From Octopus vulgaris (taxonomy: Eukaryota), in contig OX597815.1 of NCBI GenBank assembly GCA_951406725.2, forward strand, positions 930,001-994,000: a stretch of 64,000 bases of DNA, in the 5' to 3' direction. The notes under the pieces were generated by a model. It did no database searches. It had not been told where the DNA came from and saw only the letters and a list, made by a program, of their open reading frames with translations. This document shows, in pieces, positions 54,375 to 64,000 of this stretch. Both the position numbers and the translations under genes were made by a program. Each line of letters opens with the position of its first letter. Position 1 is the stretch's first letter.

Positions 54375-57300
54375 CAAACAATTCACCAATACGTCAAACA
54401 ATTCACCAACACATCAAACAATTTCCCAATACATCAAACAATTTCCCAATACATCAATTCACCAACACGCCAAACAATTCACCAACACGCCAAACAATTC
54501 ACCAACATGCCAAACAATTCACCAACATGCCAAACAATTCACCAACATGCCAAACAATTCACCAACACGCCAAACAATTCACCAACATGCCAAACACTGC
54601 ACCAACACGTTAAACACTTCAACACGTCAAACATTTCACCAACACATCAAACATTTCACCAATACATCAATTTACCAACACATCAAATAATTCACCAACA
54701 CGTTAAACACTTCACCAAAACGTCAAACGATTCACCAATATACCAACACGTCAAACAATTCTCCAACACGTTAAACAATTCAACAACACATCAAACAATT
54801 CAGCAATACATCAATTCACCAACACGTTAAACAATTTGCCAACACATCAAACAATTCACCAATACATCAATTCACCAACACGTTAAACAATTCAACACAT
54901 CAAACAATTCACTAATACATCAATTCACCAACACGTCAAACAATTCTCCAAAACGTTAAACAATTCACCAACACGTCAAACAATTCACCAACACGTTAAA
55001 CAATTTGCCAACACATCAAACAATTCACCAACACGTTAAACAATTCACCAACATGTTAAACAATTCACCAACACATCAAACAATTCACCAACACATCAAA
55101 CAATTCACCAACATGTCAAACAATTCTCCAACACGTTAAACAATTCACCAATACATCAATTCACCAACACGTTAAAAAATTCACCAACACATCAAACAAT
55201 TCATCAATATGCCAAACAATTCTCCAACACATCAAACAATTCACCAACATGCCAAACAATTCAACAACACGTTAAACAATTTGCCAACACGTAAAACAAT
55301 TCACCAACACGTTAAACAATTCACCAACACATCAAACAATTCACCAACACACCAAACAATTCACCAACACGTCAAACAATTCACCAACACGTTAAACAAT
55401 TCACCAACACATCAAACAATTCAGCAACACGCCAAACAATTCAACCAACACGTTAAACAATTCACCAACATGTCAAACAATTCTCCAACACATTAAACAA
55501 TTCACCAATACATCAATTCACCAAAACGTTAAACAATTCGCCAACATGTTATACAATTCACCAACACGTCAAACAATTCACCAACACGCCAAACAATTCA
55601 CCAACATCATCATCATCATCATCATCGTCGGTTAAACAATTCACCAACACGTCAAACAATTCCCCAGTGCATTAAACAGTTTGCCAACACATCAAACAAT
55701 TCACCAACACTTTAAACAATTCACCAATATGCCAAACAATTCACCAACACGCCACACAATTCACCAACACGTTAAACAATTCAAAACGTTAAACAATTCA
55801 CCAGCACGTTAAACAATTCACCAACACGCCAAACAATTCACCAACACACCAAACAATTCACCAACACGTTAAACAATTCACCAATACTTTAAACAATTTA
55901 TCAACACATCAAACAATTCACCAACACGTCAAACAATTCACCAACACGCCAAACAGTTTACCAACACATCAAACAATTCACCAATACATCAATTCACCAA
56001 CATGTCAAACAATTCAACATGAACAATTCACCAACACGTTAAACAATTCACTAACACATCAAACAATTCACCAACACGTCAAACAATTCAACATGAACAA
56101 TTCACCAACACATCAAACAATTCACCAATACATCAATTCACCAACACGTCAAACAATTCACCAACACGTTACACAATTCACCAACACATCAAATAATTCA
56201 CCAACTCGCCAAACAATTCACCAACACGTCACACAATTCACCAACACATCAAACAATTCACCAATACATCAATTCACCAACACGTCAAACAATTCACCAA
56301 CACAAACAAGTTGCCAACACATCAAACAATTCACCAATACATCAATTCACCAACACGTTAAACAATTCACCAATACATCAATTCACCAACACGTTAAACA
56401 ATTCACCAATACATCAATTCACCAACACGCCAAACAATTCACCAACACGTTAAACAATTTGCCAACACATCAAAGAATTCGCCCATACATCAATTCATCA
56501 ACACGTTAAACAATTCACCAATACATCAATTCACCAACACGTCAAACAATTCACCAACACAAACAAGTTGCCAACACATCAAACAATTCACCAATACATC
56601 AATTCACCAACACGTTAAACAATTCACCAATACATCAATTCACCAACACGTTAAACAATTCACCAATACATCAATTCACCAACACGCCAAACAATTCACC
56701 AACACGTTAAACAATTTGCCAACACATCAAAGAATTCGCCCATACATCAATTCATCAACACGTTAAACAATTCACCAATACATCAATTCACCAACACGCC
56801 AAACAATTCACCAACACGTTAAACAATTCACCAACACATGAAACAATTCAACAACACGTTAAACAGTTCACCAACACATCAAACAATTCACCAACACATC
56901 AAACAATTCTCCAACACGTTAAACAATTCACCAACACATCAAACAATTCACCAATACATCAATTCACCAACACGCCAAACAATTCACCAACACGTTAAAC
57001 AATTCACCAACACATGAAACAATTCACCAACACATCAAACAATTCACCAACACATCAAACAATTCTCCAACATGTTAAACAATTTACCAATACATCAATT
57101 TACCAACACAAGAACCACTTCAAGAATATGTCAAACAATTCACCAACACAAAGAATTCACCAACACGTCAAACAATTCAACAATGTGTGAAACAATTCAC
57201 CAATATGGTCTCAAAAATTTGTCCTACAAAGAGAGGCTGAGGACGCTCGACCTTTATTCTCTTGAAAAACGCCGCCGCCATGGTGATCTCATTCTCGCCC

Positions 57301-59600
57301 ACAACATCATAAGCGAGAAGTGTAACCTCTTGAAAGAGCTGTTCTTCACTCCTGCTTCGGAGCGTCGGCTGCGGGGTCATTCCGAAAAGCTCTACCTGCG
57401 ACGATTTCATCTCAATCGAAGGAGAGGAGCTTTCTCCGTCCGGGTTGCGGATCCGTGGAACAAGCTGCCAGACGAGATGGTGAAGATGCCGACGACCGCT
57501 TTGTTCAAACAATTCACCAATACATCAATTAACCAACACGTCAAACAATTCACCAATACATCAATTCACCAACACAAACAATTTGCCAACACATCAAACA
57601 ATTCACCAATACATCAATTCACCAACATGCCAAACAATTCACCAACACGTTAAAAAATTCACCAACACATGAAACAATTCACCAACAGGTTAAATAATTC
57701 ACCAACACGTTTGACAATTCACCAACACGTTAAAAAATTCACCAATACATCAATTCACCAATATGCCAAACAATTCACCAACACGTTAAACTATTCATCA
57801 ACATGCCAAACAATTCACCAACACGTTAAACAATTCACCAACACGTTAAACAATTCACCAACACATCATACAATTCACCAACACGTCAAACAATTCACCA
57901 ATACATCAATTCACCAACACGCGAAACAAATCACCAACACGTTAAACAATTTACCAACACAAGAAGCACTTCAAGAATACGTCAAACAATTTACCAACAC
58001 ATCAAACAATTCACCAACACATCAAAGAATTCAACACGTCAAACAATTCAACAATACGTGAAACAATTCACCAACACATCAAACAATTCACCAATACATC
58101 AATTCACCAACACACCAAACAATTCACCAACATGTCAAACAATTCAACACGAACAATTCACCAATACATCAATTCACCAACACGTTAAACAATTTGCCAA
58201 CACATCAAACAATTCACCAAGACGCCAAACAATTCACCAATACATCAATTCACCAACACGTCAAACAATTCACCAACACGTTAAACAATTTGCCAACACA
58301 TCGAACAATTCACCAATACATCAATTCACCAACACGTCAAACCATTCACCAATACATCAATTCACCAACACAAACAATTTGCCAACACATCAAACAATTC
58401 ACCAACACGTTAAACAAGTTGCCAACACATCGAACAATTCACCAATACATCAATTCACCAACACGTTAAACAATTTGCCAACACATCAAACAATTCAACC
58501 ATACATCAATTCACCAACATGTTAAACAATTTTCCAACACATCAAACAATTCACCAATACATCAATTCACCAACACATTAAACAATTCACCAACATATCA
58601 AATAATTCACCAACACGTCAAACAATTCACCAACAGGTTAAATAATTCACCAACACATCAAACAATTCACCAACACGTTTGACAATTCACCAACACGCCA
58701 AACAATTCAGCAACACGTTAAACAATTCACCAATACATCAATTCACCAATATACCAAACAATTCACCAACACATTAATCTATTCATCAACATGCCAAACA
58801 ATTCAGCAACACGTCAACACATTAAACAATTCACCAACACATCAAATAATTCACCAACACACTAAAGAATTCACCAACACGTTAAACGATTCACCAACAC
58901 CTTTGACAATTCACCAACACGCCAAACAATTCACCAACACGTTAAACAATTCACCAATGCATCAATTCATCAACACTCTAAACAATTCACCAATACATTA
59001 AACAATTCACAAACACATCAAACAATTCACCAACACGTCAAACAATTCACCAACACGTCAAACAATTCACCAACACGTCAAACAATTCACCAACACGTCA
59101 AACAATTCAACAACACGTCAAACAATTCAACAACACGTCAAACAATTCACCAACACATCAAACAATTCACCAACACGTCAAACAATTCACCAACACGTCA
59201 AACAATTCACCAACACGTCAAACAATTCACCAACACATCAAACAATTCAACAACACATCAAACAATTCACCAACACGTCAAACAATTCACCAACACGTCA
59301 AACAATTCACCAACACGTCAAACAATTCACCAACACGTCAAACAATTCACCAACACGTCAAACAATTCACCAACACGTCAAACAATTCACCAACATGTCA
59401 AACAATTCACCAATACATCAATTCTCCAACATGCCAAACAATTCACCAACACGTCAAACAATTCACCAACACGTCAAACAATTCACCAACACGTCAAACA
59501 ATTCACCAACACGTCAAACAATTCACCAACACGTCAAACAATTCACCAACACATCAAACAATTCACCAACACGTCAAACAATTCACCAACACGTCAAACA
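54375..59600. repeat. ~5.2-kb satellite, 20-bp unit (CAAACAATTCACCAACACGT) with 16-bp variants
   Basis: Hundreds of tandem units read directly; interrupted at 57207-57505 and 55606-55632. Confidence 0.97.
57207..57505 (+). mobile_element. CR1-type LINE C-terminal coding fragment embedded in the satellite
   Basis: GLKNLSYKERLRTLDLYSLEKRRRHGDLILAHNII...LRGHSEKL...FSVRVADPWNKLP. Confidence 0.88.
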
Positions 59601-59630
59601 AAACATTTGCTAAACCATCAAACCACTCAC

Positions 59631-59686
59631 CAGAACAAGTTTAATGATGAGATGGTTTTCGTATGCCTCTTGCATCCTGTGATTCT
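59631..59686 (-). CDS. ANO8: Anoctamin-8-like exon
   Basis: ttcttgcAG|AG AAT..., (E)NHRMQEAYENHLIIKLVL, donor |GTGAGT. Conserved anoctamin ENxRxxxxYENxLIxK motif; phase 1 to 0. Confidence 0.9.
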
Positions 59687-60999
59687 CTGCAAGAAAGAAA
59701 AGAAAAGAAACAGAAGTTAATGTTTCAGTTGAGTGGTTTGTAAGAGGGGGGGGGGGGCCCATTTGTAGAAACAAACAAAGATGATAGAAGTGGAGTGAGG
59801 AGGTGCGTGGTTGGATGGGTACAACTACTGCATTCGTGGTGAACGTGCAAGGGTGCATGGCTCCTCATAATTGTACGGTCAAGAGTTCAATTCCTGGTGA
59901 CACACTGTGTTCTTGAGCAAGACACTTCATTTCACATTGCTCCAGTCTCCCCTCAGCTGGCAAAGAATGAGTTGTACCAGTAATTTAAAAGGGGCCAACC
60001 TTGTCAACTTCTGTGTAATGCTAAATCTTCCTGACAACTACTTTAAGAGTATGCTTGTCAGTGGTATACTCAGCCACTTGTATGTTAATTTCAGGAGCAA
60101 GATGTTCTGTTGATTCGATCAACCAGAACAATCATTGTCACAAACAATAGAGTGACAGTTTTCTTTCTTCTTTTTTTAATTAAGAATATATTTAAACATT
60201 ATAATTACGTTCTGGGAGAATTAATAATTCTAAGTCGAATTTGTGAAATCATTGACCATGTGGTTGTGGGTTCAAGTCTTGTTAGAGGCAACACATTGTA
60301 CAATACTTGCCATTTCAGTCTGCCTGGCTGACAACTGGCTTTATTTTAAGACAAGGTTTGAGCATGCTGGGCAAAATGCTTTTAGTGGTATTTTGCCTGT
60401 CGCTATGTTCTGAGTTCAAATTCTGCCAAGGTCAGCTTTACCTTTCATCCTTTCAGGGTCAATAAAATAAGTACCAGTTATACACTGGGGTCAATGTAAT
60501 CGACTCATCCCTTCCCCCAAAATTGCTGCAAACTTTGAAACCATTATTTCAAGATGAGCATTGACCGACAAGTGGTCACTTATAGGGTGGTCATCCAGCT
60601 GTAAAAATTGCTACAACAAAACAACAAAGACACCCCTACAAGAAATAGCAGTCAAATCCAACCTTCCTCCCACCGTCAACCTTTCTTTTTTTTTTGTCAG
60701 ATAGGTATGGGAGGCTGGGTTTGGCCAGTTGGATTATAGAACCAGTAGAATAGCTTGACCGGATGTGGCCAGTTTAAATGCTAAAGAGTCAAAAGATTAA
60801 AGCTGGATTGGTCTCAGGTTGGTTGGAATGCAGAGAGGTGAGAGTTGAAGGTAGGAAAGACAATATGGGTGTGGAGTGTCTGTGAAGATAAGAGATGGAA
60901 TGGCGATGGCTTGAAGAACCTTAAAAATCTGAGATTTGTACAATGAAGGCTGATTTGGGATTAGGAAACACTGCAGCACCGGCTGAGAGCAGGAGGGTG

Positions 61000-61690
61000 A
61001 AGGTTAAAAAGATATCAGATGCTGAATTTGTTGATGACATAGTTCTGGTGACAAACACAGTGAGGGGTTGATGCAGGAGGTGGAGACTGTGCCGATGGGT
61101 GTGGGGTTGAAATTGAATGAGATTAAGACAAAGTATCTGGTAGAGAATATTAAGGAGCCAGAGAAGATTACGAATGTAGGCGGGAAGCCACTAGAGTTGG
61201 TTGAGGACTTCCTGTATCTGGGAGCAAAGACTGGGAACACACAGGGCGATATAGTTGTGAGGAAGAGCAAAGCCTGAGCGGCATGCCATAGTTTGAGATC
61301 TGTATGGAAGTTGGACGTTTGAATACCTGTCTATTCATTGCCGCAGGGGGGTCTGTGCTGTTGTATGGGACTAAGAATTGGACACTGACCTAGAAACTCA
61401 CTCAGATGGTGGATGAGGATGCTGAGGATGAAGAACTCAGAGCTGTGCGAGAGCCTCCCAAAAGTTAGCTCGAAAATAACACAGAGGAGACTGAGGTTAG
61501 CTGGACATTCAGAGTTGATACTGCTCCCAGGGGAACCCCTACACAGACACACTAGAGAGGGAGACCGAGGATGACGTGTTGATGCCCTAAGGACAGACAC
61601 TGGCCTCTGGGAAACACACAGGACATGGCAGCGATGACGAGGGACAAAGAATGTTGGAGAGAACTCGTTCATGGATCTCGGGAATTTTAC
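61000..61690 (+). mobile_element. Decayed RTE/RTEX-like LINE RT fragment
   Basis: FVDDIVL, VGLKLNEIKTKYL, LELVEDFLYLGA, RKSKA*AACHSLRSVWK, RRLRLAGH. Confidence 0.7.
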
Positions 61691-61744
61691 TTGCCCTAGA
61701 TAGACATACGTTTGTGTGTGTGTGAGAGAGAGAGAGAGAGATGG

Positions 61745-62062
61745 TACATGACTCAGTGGTTAGAGCATTGGATAGTGAGTTCAATTCCTGGTCTGGGCTG
61801 GGCTGTGTGTTGTGTTCTTGAGCAAGACATTTTATTTCACGTTGCTCCAGTTCACTCAGCTGTAGAAATGAGTTGCAATGTCACAGGTGCCAAGCTGTAT
61901 CGGCCCCTTTGCCTTTCCCTTGGATAATATTGGTGGCATGGGGAGGGGAGGCTGATGCAGGGGCAACTGATGGTCTTCCATAAACAACCTTGCCCGGACT
62001 TGTGCCTCGGAGAGTAACTTTCTAGGTGCAATCCCATGGTCATTCATGACCGAAGGGGGTCT
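61745..62062 (+). mobile_element. tRNA-derived SINE
   Basis: A-box-like tgactcagtggttagagc, B-box-like gagttcaattcc, then a ttcttgagcaagac core shared with 59860-59960. Confidence 0.7.
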
Positions 62063-62063
62063 C

Positions 62064-62095
<32 letters not shown>

Positions 62096-62163
62096 ATGTG
62101 TTACTAGTTATACAACATTCTAGATATCACACATACATACAATTTACTTTGATATGTGCGTGC

Positions 62164-62214
<51 letters not shown>

Positions 62215-62639
62215 CATACACAAACACACACACGTACACACAACTGATATTACATCTGCCTCCGTTCCATGACAGCATTTTGTGTAGGATGCTCATATTT
62301 GGTGCCAATTTTGGAACATTTGTGGTTTTAAAACTGTGTAACTTTCCGTGCATGTCAGCCAGTTATAAATTACAGTCGGTGGAGCAATTAACTGTGAGAA
62401 AGAGATCATGATTATTGGGTGGTATTACAACAATGACATCCTGTGGGAAAGTGACAGAAATTATCACAGATATTACTCTCCATAATTGCAAGTGATTTGT
62501 TTAAACAGGTCAAACATGACTGACGGCGCTAAGACATGTAATGGTTGTTGTTTTTGTAGTTTGAATATTTTGTTGAATCAATAATTCTGTGTTTGTTGAT
62601 TGAGATGAATAAAACCTCTATCTTGCCCAGGATATTAAT

Positions 62640-63145
62640 TGTCTGGAAGCCGTTGAGCGATGTGCAACCAAGAGAATACACTCCATCTGAATGCCTTACT
62701 TCCCTGGGCATGGACACATTGAAACTCCAACGTCTGGCAGCTGACTTGGCAGACACCCATAAAATTATTAACCATCTTACCAACAATAACTCTGAGCACC
62801 TTTTCAAATTCCACCCTTCTAACACCCGTGGACATATTTACAAAGTCAGAAAACAGCACAGCTCCCATGACTTTCGGAAACATTTTTTCACGGTAAGAGT
62901 TGCTGAAGCATGGAACAAACTGCCAGCATCAGTTGTTAGTTGTCGGAGCACTGCATCCTTCAAAACTTCCATGCTTCCTGAGATTCGCCAACACTACACC
63001 TGGTTTTCTCCCCTCCATACACACACAAGCATGTATCTGACTCATACATTGTTCACTTCCCAGACATTTGTACATTACTGCATATGCTTTATATGCACTT
63101 TCTGACAAGTTGTGGTGCACCTGAGCACTGTATACAATAATTTTA
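62640..63145 (+). mobile_element. CR1-type LINE 3' end, close to an ANO8 donor site
   Basis: LTSLGMDTLKLQRLAADL...TRGHIYKVRKQHSSHDFRKHFFTVRVAEAWNKLPASVV...SFK followed by 3' UTR and (ATT)n. Confidence 0.85.
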
Positions 63146-63203
63146 TTATTATTATTATAAAATTCTAAAATTGAGAAAATTGGCACAGGACTGCCAGACT
63201 TAC

Positions 63204-63492
63204 CCATGTCATTCAGCCAGTATGCAACTCTGGTGTACATTCGATCGAGTGTGAAGATGGAAACAGCATGGCAAACTTTAGGCAAAACTTTAGCAATGAA
63301 AGCATATTCACCGGTGTTGACTAATTTCGTGATGAGTTCCTCAATGTAAAAGTTGGCCAGCATCACAGCAAATACAATGCAAAGACTTAAGATGACAACA
63401 GGAAGGGTTACAAAGTAGCGGAACAAATTCCTTTTCCATATTGGATAGAATGGTTCCAGCCTTCCAGTGACACTACTTACTTCAAGTTCTCC
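63204..63492 (-). CDS. ANO8: Anoctamin-8 (TMEM16H)-like exon; first exon visible in the window
   Basis: ttgcAG|GGA; GELEVSSVTGRLEPFYPIWKRNLFRYFVTLPVV...YTRVAYWLNDM; donor G|GTAAGT (phase 1). Contains anoctamin transmembrane segments. Confidence 0.9.
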
Positions 63493-64000
63493 CTGCAAAG
63501 AGAAACCGGTCAAGAGAAATTTAAAGAACAAAATTAAGTGGAGGGAGCCTCTCACATTGAAGGGGAAATAAGGAGGAAAAAAGGAATATTAATCCTCATT
63601 TAAAAGCAAAAGTTGTGTTAGAACACAAAATACTGCATTATTTAACTCGAGAGAACCTTTCATATGGACTTGTGATGCATATAAGCACTCTTGTTTATAT
63701 CACTAGCAAGAGATAATCATCTCCTGATACTGCGAGACTTCCAGATCATGTGATTTCAGCCTTCCTTGGCCTTGTTAATAGAAACCTGGCACAGCCTCCT
63801 GGCTTCCCAGACCCCAGTCAAATCGTCCAACCCATGCCACCTTGGAATGCAGACGTTAAACGATGAGGATAATGATGAATATTTTGAGTGAAAACTCTCT
63901 CTCATCAAACTGAAATGAATATTTATACTAGAGTGGAAGACATTCAAAACCATCATCACAACAGTTGTGCAATATCAGACAAAGTTTATTGTTGTCTGGC

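Noticed and set aside
54281-59613. ORFs of NNSPTRQTIHQHVKQFT repeats, and a superficial CRISPR-like look
   Set aside because: Translations of a 20-bp tandem satellite. There are no unique spacers or cas genes, and the context is a eukaryotic intron.

Overview
Eukaryotic, AT-rich, repeat-dense animal genomic DNA. The SINE/LINE/microsatellite landscape is most consistent with an octopus (coleoid cephalopod); this is an inference. It contains a 100-N assembly gap at 44565-44664. Two intron-containing genes converge tail-to-tail. On the + strand is the 3' part of an inhibitor-of-apoptosis gene (BIR C-terminal half, Ser/Pro/Ala-rich linker, C-terminal RING; 3 phase-compatible exons, stop at 12717). 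On the - strand is the 3' part of an anoctamin-8/TMEM16H-like gene (8 phase-compatible exons from 63492 to the stop at 30325). The rest is mostly mobile DNA: RTE-clade LINEs and many copies of their (GAT)n tail, CR1/L2-group LINEs, several tRNA-derived SINE families, Tc1/mariner relics, MITEs, a non-autonomous Helitron, multi-kb (TA/TACA)n microsatellites, a 21-bp minisatellite and a ~5.2-kb 20-bp satellite. The most notable observations are: (1) a near full-length LINE whose reconstructed single ORF reads Myb/SANT-like + 2xCCCH + APE + RT; (2) a tRNA-Glu-derived head fused directly to a stop-free RT fragment whose 3' tail matches the local SINE tail; (3) a Penelope-type hammerhead ribozyme-like motif in the IAP intron; (4) a duplicated ~200-bp palindrome; (5) a PHD finger inside an RTE reverse transcriptase; and (6) an apparent twin-priming inversion of an RTE copy. 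Repeat boundaries were read by eye and are approximate.
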